Shown in pieces: positions 34,218 through 43,504 of a stretch of 64,000 nt of DNA. The stretch is from positions 806-64,805 of the forward strand of contig CACLNZ010000005.1 of assembly GCA_902608415.1 (NCBI GenBank). Reading direction: 5' to 3'. The position numbers and the translations under genes are program-made. Every line of letters starts with the position of its first letter. Position 1 is the stretch's first letter. Below the pieces are notes generated by a model, which ran no database searches, was not told where the DNA came from, and was given only the letters and a program-made list of their open reading frames with translations. This DNA comes from an uncultured PS1 clade bacterium. GTDB taxonomy: Bacteria; Pseudomonadota; Alphaproteobacteria; MED-G09.

Positions 34218-35499
34218 AGTTTTTTCCGTGATTAATTATGTTACTTCCAAATTTATCTCTTAAAGAATCTATAGCTTGATCTAGTTTCTTTTCATTATTT
34301 TCATTTGTATCAATTAAATTATCTAAATCACAGAAGTTTTCATCTACAAGCTCTGAAATTCCTACACCTATTAACCTATATTCTTCATTATCTTTAATAT
34401 TGCTTAATAAATCTTTTACAATTTTATATATTTTTCTTTCTAATTGTGTAGGGTTATTAATAGTTTTAGATCTAGAAATTGATTTAAAGTTTTTTGTTTT
34501 TAATTTTAAATTTATTGTTTTTCCACCTAATCCATTCTTTTTTGCTCTAAAGGCAACTTTTCTTGATAAATCGTTTAGAATATTTTCTAACTTTTTTCTA
34601 TTTTTAATATTTTTTGTGAATGTTGTCTCATGGCTTATGCTTTTAATGGGCCGATTCGATCTTATTGATCTTGAATCTTTTCCATTTGATAATTGATAAA
34701 TGTGAAGACCTATAATTCCATATCTTTTGATTAATTCCTTTATTTCTATTTTTTGTATCTGGCCAATATTTATAATTCCATCAGAGTTTAATTTATTTGT
34801 GAATTTTTTACCTACACCCCATAATAAGTTTACAGGTTTATTGGATAAAAAATCTTTTGACTCTTCTTGCCCAATCACCGAAAACCCTTTCGGTTTATCT
34901 AAATCTGAACATACCTTTGCTAAATATTTATTGTATGACAATCCTACTGAAACATTAATTCCTATATTTTTTTTTATTTTATTAACTAATTCTGCTAACA
35001 ATATAGCTGGTATTTTTTGGTGTAACTTAAATGTTCCTGATAAATCTAGAAATGCTTCATCTAGTGATATTGGCTCAACAAGAGGGGTAAGCTCTTTCAT
35101 TAAAGTTGTTATTTCATAGCTTACCTTCTTATATTTACTCATATTTGGTTTTAAAATTATTGCTTCTGGGCACAATTTTCTTGCTTTAAAGATCGGCATT
35201 GCAGAGTGAATACCTTTTGTTCTCGCAATATAACAAGCGGTTGAAACTACACCTCTATTTCCCCCTCCTATGATCAAAGGTTTGTTTTTTAGATCAGCGT
35301 TATCTCTTTTTTCTACAGAAGCATAAAAAGCATCGCAATCTATATGAGCAATTGATAAATTTTTTAATTCTTTATGGTGAATTACTCTTGGAGATAAACA
35401 TTTATTGCATAAATTATTTATTTTTTTTGTCTGATGCAGGCAATCTCTGCAGAATTGAAGATCGGTATTTTTAGTTCTTTTTATCAATATCTTTTTCAA
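34210..35499 (-). CDS. dinB: DNA polymerase IV (Y-family) with N-terminal CxxC-x11-CxxC extension
   Basis: IAHIDCDAFYASVEKRDN, SLDEAFLD, GINVSVGLSYNKYLAKVCSDLDKPKG. The N-terminus reads CRDCLHQTKKINNLCNKC. Confidence 0.9.
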   Translation of the reverse strand: MKKILIKRTKNTDLQFCRDCLHQTKKINNLCNKCLSPRVIHHKELKNLSIAHIDCDAFYASVEKRDNADLKNKPLIIGGGNRGVVSTACYIARTKGIHSAMPIFKARKLCPEAIILKPNMSKYKKVSYEITTLMKELTPLVEPISLDEAFLDLSGTFKLHQKIPAILLAELVNKIKKNIGINVSVGLSYNKYLAKVCSDLDKPKGFSVIGQEESKDFLSNKPVNLLWGVGKKFTNKLNSDGIINIGQIQKIEIKELIKRYGIIGLHIYQLSNGKDSRSIRSNRPIKSISHETTFTKNIKNRKKLENILNDLSRKVAFRAKKNGLGGKTINLKLKTKNFKSISRSKTINNPTQLERKIYKIVKDLLSNIKDNEEYRLIGVGISELVDENFCDLDNLIDTNENNEKKLDQAIDSLRDKFGSNIINHGKNYE

Positions 35500-35950
35500 G
35501 ATTTTTCATAATATAGTTTTCAACATCTAGCCAATTATTTAATTTAATAGTTGCACTTTTAGGTGTTGGCATCAATTTATTAATCCTTTCATCTTGAAGG
35601 AAATGAATGCAATGTGTTTCAGGGCATTCTTTTGATACAGAATCAATATTTAAAGGCATATCATCAATAAAAAATGAAGCTGCATTAATTTTATTGAGTA
35701 TTTTTTTTACAGCTTCTCCTTTAACTCCACTGTTTGTGATAACAGGAAAATTTAAATTGTTTTTAATCATTGCAATTTCTCGTTTACCTTTATCTTTATG
35801 AGGAAGATTTGTTAAAACAACTATTTGTAGAAATTTGGACAATCTCTGCAATACTTTTTTTGTGTTTTTTACTAGTTCAAGATTCTCTGTTTCACTGGAG
35901 AAGAAGTCTGGCATAATTTTACTCATATCCATATTTTCAACAGGTTTCAT
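35471..35950 (-). CDS. HAD-superfamily hydrolase; listed ORF from first ATG, true N-terminus probably further upstream
   Basis: HAD motifs II-IV are present: VVLTN, KGEAVKK, FFIDDMPLN. The same frame stays open upstream to 36157 and encodes motif I (ILIADADEV) at about 36079..36053, but contains no ATG, GTG, TTG or CTG. See finding. Confidence 0.65.
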   Translation of the reverse strand: MKPVENMDMSKIMPDFFSSETENLELVKNTKKVLQRLSKFLQIVVLTNLPHKDKGKREIAMIKNNLNFPVITNSGVKGEAVKKILNKINAASFFIDDMPLNIDSVSKECPETHCIHFLQDERINKLMPTPKSATIKLNNWLDVENYIMKNLEKDIDKKN

Positions 35951-36141
35951 TGTATCGATGTATTTTATATTGCCAGTTATTTTAGGCTCGTTAAGATCTA
36001 GTAATAAACCTCTTTTTTCTAAATATTTTTCTAAACCTATAAGAAAAAGAAATATAACCTCATCTGCATCTGCAATTAAAATAGGTATATCTTTTTCTAA
36101 TTTTAATGAGTTAATTTGATCTAGGGTTTCAACTTCGAGGC

Positions 36142-36309
36142 TTATTTTATTTTTCCTTCTTTAAATTCAACATGCTTTCTGACAACGGGATCATATTTTT
36201 TTATAACCATTTTATCTGTCATTGTTCGTGAATTTTTTTTAGTCACATAATAGAAGCCAGTACCGGCAGTACTTTCTAATTTAATTTTAACTGAAGTTTG
36301 TTTAGCCAT
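36142..36309 (-). CDS. rpmG: 50S ribosomal protein L33
   Basis: Not in the ORF track (55 aa). My translation of the minus strand is [55 protein letters not shown], a near-consensus L33. RBS GGAAGG lies upstream. Confidence 0.9.
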   Translation of the reverse strand: MAKQTSVKIKLESTAGTGFYYVTKKNSRTMTDKMVIKKYDPVVRKHVEFKEGKIK

Positions 36310-36351
36310 AATTTTACCTTCCCAGCAAAAATAGGTATAATTTGGTATTAG

Positions 36352-36960
36352 TCAAGTATTATTAGGCCTTGATATAATTCGAGTAGATTTTTTATACCTC
36401 CAGAAAAAAGGGAAAAAATTTGGATTAATTTTATTTACATAAAATCTTGTTAATTCTTCCAATAAAAATTCAGTAATATCAAATAAAGGTAATTCAATAG
36501 CCTCTTTTATATTTATAAAGCCTAGATTGTTTAATTCACCATTGCCTTTAATTTTATTTGAAAAATTTTTTTCATCTATAACAAAAAATTTAGTATCGAA
36601 TCTAATTTTCTGGTTTGCAGGAGTTATTGCCCTTGCCAAAACCCATAAATTTTTTAAGTTTCTATCAATTAACTTTAGACTTGTCTCCTCTTCAGTTTCT
36701 CTTATTGCTGCAGATATAAGGCCGATAGATAAGGTATTTGTTGATTTTAATTTTGAAAGATCATCTAAATTTTTTTTACTTACTTTTATACTTTTATTAA
36801 GCATATCTGATTTTTCAACTCTACCACCAGGAAAAACCCAAACACTAGGTGCAAATCTAGAATTTTTTGGTCTTTGGCCCATTAAAACATATAAATCATT
36901 TTTCTTTTGTTTTGTTATAACAAGACTAGCAGCTGGTTTTGGTCTGACAGGCCTGACCAT
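36352..36960 (-). CDS. NUDIX hydrolase
   Basis: FPGGRVE...AAIRETEEETSL (Nudix box elements with an insertion). The start ATG overlaps the topA stop by 1 nt (TAATG). Confidence 0.7.
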   Translation of the reverse strand: MVRPVRPKPAASLVITKQKKNDLYVLMGQRPKNSRFAPSVWVFPGGRVEKSDMLNKSIKVSKKNLDDLSKLKSTNTLSIGLISAAIRETEEETSLKLIDRNLKNLWVLARAITPANQKIRFDTKFFVIDEKNFSNKIKGNGELNNLGFINIKEAIELPLFDITEFLLEELTRFYVNKINPNFFPFFWRYKKSTRIISRPNNT

Positions 36961-39437
36961 TATTTCTTTTTTTTCTTTTTTCGGTTTTTTATTAATTCTA
37001 CAGCTAACTCTAGATTTACATCATCTAAATTTATATCTTTTGGTATAGACGCATTTACTTTTCCATGTTTTACAAAAGGACCGTAGCGCCCCTCCATTAA
37101 GACTATATCTTTTTCATCTTTAGGGTGTTTTCCAAGCTCTTTAATTGTTTTACTTGCTCTACCTCTCCCAGGGTTTGCTTTTTTCTCTTCAATTAAATCA
37201 ATAGCTCTGTTTAATCCAATTGAAAACAACTCCTCAACATTTGTTAAACTCGCAAATATACCTTCATGAACGACATAAGGGCCAAATCTACCTAGTCCAG
37301 CTTTTATTTCGTTGCCATCTTCTGGATGTATTCCAATAATTTTAGGAAGTGATAAAAGATTTATTGCTAATTCTAAATTTACCTCATCAGGATCTATAGT
37401 TTTAGGAATTGTTGATCTTTTAGGTTTTGCATCCGGATCATCCGCTTGTATTTCTAGATAAGGACCATATCTTCCTATTAGTAGATTAATCTCTTTATTT
37501 TTTTCAGGATGAATGCCTATAATTCTTGGTTCAACATTGCTATTCGATCCAAATGTTCTTGTATATTTACAATCAGGATATGCAGAACAACCTATGAATG
37601 CGCCATTTCTACTTGTCTTAAGGCTTAATGTTCCTTCATCACATTTAGGGCACTTTCTATCAATTTCTCCCTTATCATCTTTAAAGATATGATTTCCTAA
37701 ACTTTCATTGAGTTGATCTAAAATATCTCTTGTTCTTAATTCTAAAGCTTTTTCTGAACATGAATTAAATTCTCCCCAGAAATTACTTAAAAAATCTTTC
37801 CAGTTCATTTCACCATTTGAAACTTTATCTAGGTTTTCCTCTAATTGGGCTGTGAAATCATAACCAACATACTGTCTAAAGAAGTTTTCTAAAAAAGATG
37901 TTACTAATCTACCTTTATCCTCTGGATAGAAATACCTTTTATCTAGCCTTACATAGCTTCTGTCTTGTAAAACAGATATGATTGATGCATATGTTGATGG
38001 TCTTCCAATGCCTTTTTCTTCAAGAGATTTAACAAGAGATGGCTCTGAAAATCTTGGTGGAGGCTTTGTAAAGTGCTGATTAGTATTAATTTTAATGTTT
38101 GCAAGATAACTATCTTTAACTAATTTAGGTAAATTTTGTAATTCCTCTTTATCTTCAACTCTACCTTCCTCATACAAGGCTCTAAAACCTTCAAATACAG
38201 TTACAGTTCCTGAGGCTCTAAAACTAATATCGCCATCTTCATTATTTATTAAAACAGTTGTTCTCATTCCGCGCCAATTTTCCATTTGGCTTGCTAATGT
38301 TCTTTTCCATATAAGTGAATATAGCCCATGCTGATCGTCATTAAGTTCATTTTTTACAATATCTGGTGTTTTTTTCGGGTCGGTCGGTCTTATAGCTTCG
38401 TGAGCTTCTTGTGCATTTGCAATATTTCCTTGGTAATCTCTTAATTCGTCTGGAAGAAAATCTTTCCCATAAATTGCGCCAATACTAGATCTAATTTCTT
38501 CTATGCTTTCTTTACCAATTTGAACGCCGTCAGTTCGCATATATGTTATTAAGCCAGCTTCATAAAGTTTTTGTGCTGTCATCATTGTTACTTTTGCTGT
38601 CATATTAAGTTTTCTTGAGGCTTCCATTTGTAATGTCGATGTAATAAAGGGTGGCGATGGTTTTCTTGATACATTTTTTTCTTGTATATCAGTTATTTTA
38701 AAATTTGCTTCTTGAATAGCTAATTTAATTTCTTCAGATCTATTTTCATTATTAATATCAAATTGATCTAATTTTTTACTATCAAAATGAGTTAGTTTTG
38801 CTTCAAAAGGATCGTTATCTTCGTATGAGAAATGACTATTAACAGACCAATATTCTTGAGGAATAAAAGACTCAATTTCTATTTCCCTTTCACATATCAA
38901 TCTTAATGCCACAGATTGAACACGCCCCGCTGAACGAGCTCCTGGAAGTTTCCTCCATAAAACAGGAGATAATGTAAAACCAACAAGATAGTCCAATGCT
39001 CTTCTTGCTAAGTAAGCCTGGACCATTTCTGTATCAATTTCTCTTGGGTTATTTATTGCCTGATTAATTTCTTTTTTTGTAATTGCGTTAAAGGTAACTC
39101 TTGAAATCTTTTTATCGGCCAAACTCCCTTTTTCTTGAAGAACCTCTAAAACATGCCATGCGATAGCCTCTCCTTCTCTGTCAGGGTCTGTAGCCAATAT
39201 AAGACTTTCAGAGTTTTTAACTGCTTCACTCAGTATTTTTGTTTGTTTTTTTCCTTTATCACCTAATTCCCAAATCATCTTGAAATCTTCATCGGGCTTA
39301 ACTGATCCCTCACTTGATGGAAGGTCTCTAATATGACCCAATGAGGCTATTACTTTATAATCAGACCCAAGATAGCCTTCAATCGTTTTTGCCTTTGCAG
39401 GTGATTCTACAACTACTAAATGCACGAAATCCTCCAC
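36960..39437 (-). CDS. topA: DNA topoisomerase I
   Basis: Toprim N-terminus (LVVVESPAKAKTI), catalytic region ITYMRTDG, a C-terminal Zn-ribbon (CPKCDEG...CSAYPDC), and repeated C-terminal topo-I domains. 825 aa. Confidence 0.95.
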   Translation of the reverse strand: MEDFVHLVVVESPAKAKTIEGYLGSDYKVIASLGHIRDLPSSEGSVKPDEDFKMIWELGDKGKKQTKILSEAVKNSESLILATDPDREGEAIAWHVLEVLQEKGSLADKKISRVTFNAITKKEINQAINNPREIDTEMVQAYLARRALDYLVGFTLSPVLWRKLPGARSAGRVQSVALRLICEREIEIESFIPQEYWSVNSHFSYEDNDPFEAKLTHFDSKKLDQFDINNENRSEEIKLAIQEANFKITDIQEKNVSRKPSPPFITSTLQMEASRKLNMTAKVTMMTAQKLYEAGLITYMRTDGVQIGKESIEEIRSSIGAIYGKDFLPDELRDYQGNIANAQEAHEAIRPTDPKKTPDIVKNELNDDQHGLYSLIWKRTLASQMENWRGMRTTVLINNEDGDISFRASGTVTVFEGFRALYEEGRVEDKEELQNLPKLVKDSYLANIKINTNQHFTKPPPRFSEPSLVKSLEEKGIGRPSTYASIISVLQDRSYVRLDKRYFYPEDKGRLVTSFLENFFRQYVGYDFTAQLEENLDKVSNGEMNWKDFLSNFWGEFNSCSEKALELRTRDILDQLNESLGNHIFKDDKGEIDRKCPKCDEGTLSLKTSRNGAFIGCSAYPDCKYTRTFGSNSNVEPRIIGIHPEKNKEINLLIGRYGPYLEIQADDPDAKPKRSTIPKTIDPDEVNLELAINLLSLPKIIGIHPEDGNEIKAGLGRFGPYVVHEGIFASLTNVEELFSIGLNRAIDLIEEKKANPGRGRASKTIKELGKHPKDEKDIVLMEGRYGPFVKHGKVNASIPKDINLDDVNLELAVELIKNRKKKKKK

Positions 39438-39510
39438 TTAAAAAAGTAAGAATTTTCATTTTTTGATTAATAAGTCAAATAAGTAATTTTTTTTTTAAAA
39501 AATAAGAAGT

Positions 39511-40104
39511 CTATATTTTAATATTTGGTTCAGTATTTTTGTAAATTCTTATTAAATTTTCTTTATGTTTTATAATTATGAATCCTAACATTATGATTAT
39601 CAGAAAAGTCAAATTTGGATTATAAAAAATAATATAAAGCGAAGAAAGTAAAGTTGCTGATAATGAACTTATTGATGATTTTCTATAAATAAGTGCAATT
39701 ATTATCCAGCTTAAGATAAATAAAAAACCCGAATTAATTGAAATAGCAAATATAACGCCTAAAAATGTTGCCACACCTTTCCCACCTTTAAACTTTAGCC
39801 AAATAGGATACATGTGACCTAAAAGAGCAAAAATTCCTACATAAATGAATAATACTGAAGAAAATTGTAATGATATCCATACTGGAGTAAAACCCTTAAG
39901 AGCGTCAAAAAAAAGAGTTAATAAAGCAGTTAGCTTATTTCCTGTTCTAAGAACATTGGTTGTCCCTATGTTACCTGAACCTATTTCTCTTATATCAATT
40001 TTAGAAACATACTTTGAAAATAAATACCCAAAGGGCAAAGATCCCATTAAGTAGGAAAATAAAATAAATAAAAAATAAAAAATTATTGAGTTAAAAAATT
40101 CCAT
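39511..40104 (-). CDS. plsY: Glycerol-3-phosphate acyltransferase PlsY
   Basis: YLMGSLPFGYL, GSGNIGTTNVLR, KGGKGVAT. I prefer the ATG at 40104 (MEFFNSII...). The listed 26-aa N-terminal extension would overlap pyrB. Confidence 0.9.
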   Translation of the reverse strand: MEFFNSIIFYFLFILFSYLMGSLPFGYLFSKYVSKIDIREIGSGNIGTTNVLRTGNKLTALLTLFFDALKGFTPVWISLQFSSVLFIYVGIFALLGHMYPIWLKFKGGKGVATFLGVIFAISINSGFLFILSWIIIALIYRKSSISSLSATLLSSLYIIFYNPNLTFLIIIMLGFIIIKHKENLIRIYKNTEPNIKI

Positions 40105-40105
40105 T

Positions 40106-40999
40106 ATGATGTATATAAATAATCTGAAAGGAAAATATGTGCAACATCTTCTATCAGTAGACGATATGTCAGAAGATTTCATTCATGAAATTTGGACAAA
40201 TGCATTAAAAAATAAAGATACAAATTCTGATTCTTTAACGGGTAAGATTTTGACAAATTTATTTTATGAGCCTTCTACTAGGACTTCATCTTCATTTTAT
40301 AGTGCCATGACAAAAAAAGGTGGGTCTGTTATTCCTATCAATAATGTAAAATTTTCTAGCGTTACAAAAGGCGAAACTCTAGAAGACACAATTATAACTA
40401 TGAGTACAATGAGTGATTGTATTGTTTTAAGACACCATGAAGTTGGTTCGGCAGAAAGGGCTGCAAAAGTAAGTCCAGTCCCAATTATTAATGGCGGTGA
40501 TGGTAATGGAGAGCACCCAACCCAAACCCTTCTTGATGGCCTGACAATCTATTCAAACAATAATAATAATCTTGATAATCTTAATGTTACTTTTATCGGT
40601 GACTTAAAAAATGGAAGAACGGTTAAGAGTCTTGTTAAACTTCTAAGTAGATATAAAAATAATAATTTTAATTTTATAAGTCCTGATAATTTAAGGTACC
40701 CATCCGATATTTTGCCAATTGATAGTTTTGAAAGCGATAAAATTGAAGATGTAATAAGTAAAACTGATGTTCTGTATGTTACAAGAGTTCAAAAAGAAAG
40801 AGGTAGTGATCATAATTATGTCCTAACTGAAGAAACTTTAAGTAAATTAAATGATAAAGCTATAGTCATGCATCCGCTTCCAAGGGTTAATGAAATCCCC
40901 AAAGAATTTGATAAAGATAAAAGAGCAAAATATTTTGAACAAATGCGAAATGGCTTATGGTGCAGAATGGCTCTATTAGAAAAAATAATCCTGAATTAA
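40106..40999 (+). CDS. pyrB: Aspartate carbamoyltransferase catalytic subunit
   Basis: FYEPSTRTSSSF, RHHEVG, HPTQTLLD, HPLPRVNEI motifs. 297 aa. Confidence 0.9.
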   Translation: MMYINNLKGKYVQHLLSVDDMSEDFIHEIWTNALKNKDTNSDSLTGKILTNLFYEPSTRTSSSFYSAMTKKGGSVIPINNVKFSSVTKGETLEDTIITMSTMSDCIVLRHHEVGSAERAAKVSPVPIINGGDGNGEHPTQTLLDGLTIYSNNNNNLDNLNVTFIGDLKNGRTVKSLVKLLSRYKNNNFNFISPDNLRYPSDILPIDSFESDKIEDVISKTDVLYVTRVQKERGSDHNYVLTEETLSKLNDKAIVMHPLPRVNEIPKEFDKDKRAKYFEQMRNGLWCRMALLEKIILN

Positions 41000-41188
41000 T
41001 TTTTAGATATATATAGACCAAGGTATTTCTTTTCCTCTATTTTAATTTATTTCTTTGATGTTTCTTTTCATAATTAATTTTTTTAAATAGTTTATTCATT
41101 TTAAACATTTCTTAATCTCTTTTTAAGTATTAGGAAATTAAACTAATATACTGATTTATATCATTAAAATAAATATTCAATGAATCTA

Positions 41189-41662
41189 TTATAACTTTTT
41201 AAGTTTTGATGCAAGATCAAGAAAACCCTGCAAAATATAGCTTGCGGCAAGTTTATCGATATTTTTCTTTCGTTTATTTCTAGAAATATCTGCAGAAATT
41301 AACATTTTTTCAACTACAGTAGTTGAAAGTCTTTCATCCCATAAAAGAATAGGTAAATCAGTATCTTTATTCAGATTATCAGCTAAAGAATTACTTGACT
41401 GAGCTTTTGGACCAATTGTTCCATCCATATTTATTGGATATCCAATAACTATGCCGCTAAGTCCATGATTATGTTGAGTTTCTTTTATGAAATTAACTAA
41501 ATCTTTATATTTTTTGTTTTTTAATACACCTAAAGGCGTTGCAATCTTTTTATTGATATCTGAAATAGCCAGACCTATATTTTTTGTACCTGGATCAATA
41601 CCAAGTAGCGGTAATTCTTTATTTAATTTATTGTAGAATTCCTTTGGGTCATCAGTATACAT
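41189..41662 (-). CDS. ruvX: Holliday-junction-resolvase-like pre-16S rRNA nuclease YqgF/RuvX
   Basis: LLGIDPGTKNIGLAISD...GIVIGYPINMDGT...WDERLST...IDKLAASYILQGFLD. Confidence 0.85.
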   Translation of the reverse strand: MYTDDPKEFYNKLNKELPLLGIDPGTKNIGLAISDINKKIATPLGVLKNKKYKDLVNFIKETQHNHGLSGIVIGYPINMDGTIGPKAQSSNSLADNLNKDTDLPILLWDERLSTTVVEKMLISADISRNKRKKNIDKLAASYILQGFLDLASKLKKL

Positions 41663-41735
41663 ATAACCAAACTAAATTGTTATTTGCTATGCATCAAGGA
41701 CTTTGGTATTTAGTGATTATAAGGAGTTAAGGATA

Positions 41736-42026
41736 ATGACTATCGATAGTAAATTAGTTGAAAGAATTGCTAAGTTATCAAGAATTTCACTAACAGAATC
41801 AGAAATAAATAATCTTTCATCCGAATTAGATAATATTTTAAATTGGATCGAGCAGTTATCTGAACTTGATACTGAAGGAATTAATCCTGTTTTTTCCTCT
41901 TTTGATGAGGAAGAAACTAAATATAGAACTGATGAAATAAATGATGGTGGATATCGTGAAGATATAATCTCTAATGCGCCATTAACTGAAGATGGATTTT
42001 TTCTTGTTCCAAAGGTAGTCGATTAA
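41736..42026 (+). CDS. gatC: Asp/Glu-tRNA amidotransferase subunit C
   Basis: VERIAKLSRISLTESE...LDNILNWIEQLSELDT. I prefer the ATG at 41736 (RBS aaggag) over the listed TTG at 41703. Confidence 0.9.
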   Translation: MTIDSKLVERIAKLSRISLTESEINNLSSELDNILNWIEQLSELDTEGINPVFSSFDEEETKYRTDEINDGGYREDIISNAPLTEDGFFLVPKVVD

Positions 42027-43504
42027 TGGCAGAATTTTCAAATTTATCTATTAAGGAAACAATTTCATCATTAAAGAATAAAGATTTTAGTGTGTCAGAA
42101 TTAGTTGATTTTCATATCACCTCAATGGAGAGTGGAAGAGAATTAAATGCATTTATTACAGAAACATCAGATATTGCTAGAAAAAAAGCAATTGATTGTG
42201 ACCAGAGTTATTTAAAAGGAGAAGAGAAACCTCTTGAAGGTATACCTTTAGGCATAAAAGACATGTTTTGTACAAAAGGCGTTAAAACAACAGCCTCAAG
42301 TAAAATGCTTGAAAATTTTATTCCTCCATACGAATCAACTGTTACACAAAATTTATGGAATGATGGAGCAATACTTTTAGGAAAATTAAATAATGATGAA
42401 TTTGCTATGGGGTCATCAAATGAAACTAGTTTTTTTGGAGAAGTTAAAAATCCCTGGAAAAACATTAAAGGTAACTTTACAGTTCCAGGTGGTTCATCTG
42501 GTGGTTCAGCTGCTTCTGTTGCCGCTGGTATGGGTTTAGCATCATTAGGAACAGATACAGGAGGCTCAATAAGACAGCCCGCATCATTTACTGGTACTGT
42601 CGGATTAAAGCCAACTTATGGAAGATGTTCAAGATGGGGTATTATAGCTTTTGCATCATCATTAGACCAAGCAGGGCCAATTACCAAGACTGTAAAGGAT
42701 TGTGCATTACTATTAAATTCGATTTGTAGTTATGACTCTAAAGACTCAACAAGCTCACAAAAGAAAATACCAGACTTTGAAAAGGCAACTGATGAAAGCA
42801 TAAGAGGTATGAAAATTGGTATTCCGAAGGAGTATGAGGCAGATGGGATTTCAAAAGATATTATTGAATATATAGAAAAAGGAAAAGAATGGCTTATAGA
42901 ATCAGGAGCTGAAATCATTGAGATTTCACTTCCTCATATTAAGTATGCTCTTCCATGTTATTATATCATTGCTCCAGCTGAGGCCTCCTCGAACCTTGCA
43001 AGATATGATGGTGTTAAATTTACTCATAGAGTCGATGCAGAAAATATTATTGATATGTACGAAGAAACTCGATCACAAGGTTTTGGCGATGAAGTAAAAA
43101 GAAGAATTATGATAGGAACATATGTGCTCTCTTCAGGTTATTATGATGCTTACTATTTAAAGGCTCAAAAGGTAAGAGCAATGATTTCTAAAGACTTTAA
43201 AGAAGCTTTCTCAAAAGTAGATGCAATTTATGGACCCTCTACTCCCTCAACAGCTTTTGAATTGGGAGATAAGAAGAAAGATCCTCTTGAGATGTATTTG
43301 AATGATGTTTTTACTGTACCTGTAAATCTAGCAGGTCTTCCAGCAATATCAGTGCCTGTAGGTTTAGATAGGAAGAATCTTCCTATTGGAATGCAATTGA
43401 TAGGAAATTCTTTTGATGAGGAATCAATACTTTCCATTGCTTCATGTATTGAGAAATCCGCAAAATTTGATTTAAATCCAAATAGGTGGTGGATAAATGA
43501 ATAA
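42026..43504 (+). CDS. gatA: Asp/Glu-tRNA amidotransferase subunit A
   Basis: Amidase signature [14 protein letters not shown]...[12 protein letters not shown]. It lies in gatCAB order, with an ATG/TAA overlap to gatC. Confidence 0.95.
   Translation: MAEFSNLSIKETISSLKNKDFSVSELVDFHITSMESGRELNAFITETSDIARKKAIDCDQSYLKGEEKPLEGIPLGIKDMFCTKGVKTTASSKMLENFIPPYESTVTQNLWNDGAILLGKLNNDEFAMGSSNETSFFGEVKNPWKNIKGNFTVPGGSSGGSAASVAAGMGLASLGTDTGGSIRQPASFTGTVGLKPTYGRCSRWGIIAFASSLDQAGPITKTVKDCALLLNSICSYDSKDSTSSQKKIPDFEKATDESIRGMKIGIPKEYEADGISKDIIEYIEKGKEWLIESGAEIIEISLPHIKYALPCYYIIAPAEASSNLARYDGVKFTHRVDAENIIDMYEETRSQGFGDEVKRRIMIGTYVLSSGYYDAYYLKAQKVRAMISKDFKEAFSKVDAIYGPSTPSTAFELGDKKKDPLEMYLNDVFTVPVNLAGLPAISVPVGLDRKNLPIGMQLIGNSFDEESILSIASCIEKSAKFDLNPNRWWINE

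Noticed and set aside
36527-37048. A 173-aa plus-strand ORF spanning the Nudix/topA junction. Similar long antisense ORFs occur at 34400..34696, 34727..35119, 35835..36119, 22010..22354, 15092..15379, 16647..16958, 53598..53948 and 63280..63654.
   Set aside because: All lie entirely antisense to well-supported genes. Their translations are low-complexity Phe/Leu/Ile/Ser strings, the mirror image of Lys/Glu/Asn-rich sense codons. They have no recognisable motifs and no RBS. I treat them as frame artefacts.
41036-41098. A 20-codon basic ORF on the minus strand (MNKLFKKINYEKKHQRNKLK) inside the pyrB/ruvX gap.
   Set aside because: It has no RBS and no resemblance to any small ribosomal or known peptide family I can recall. 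Its length is expected by chance in this composition.
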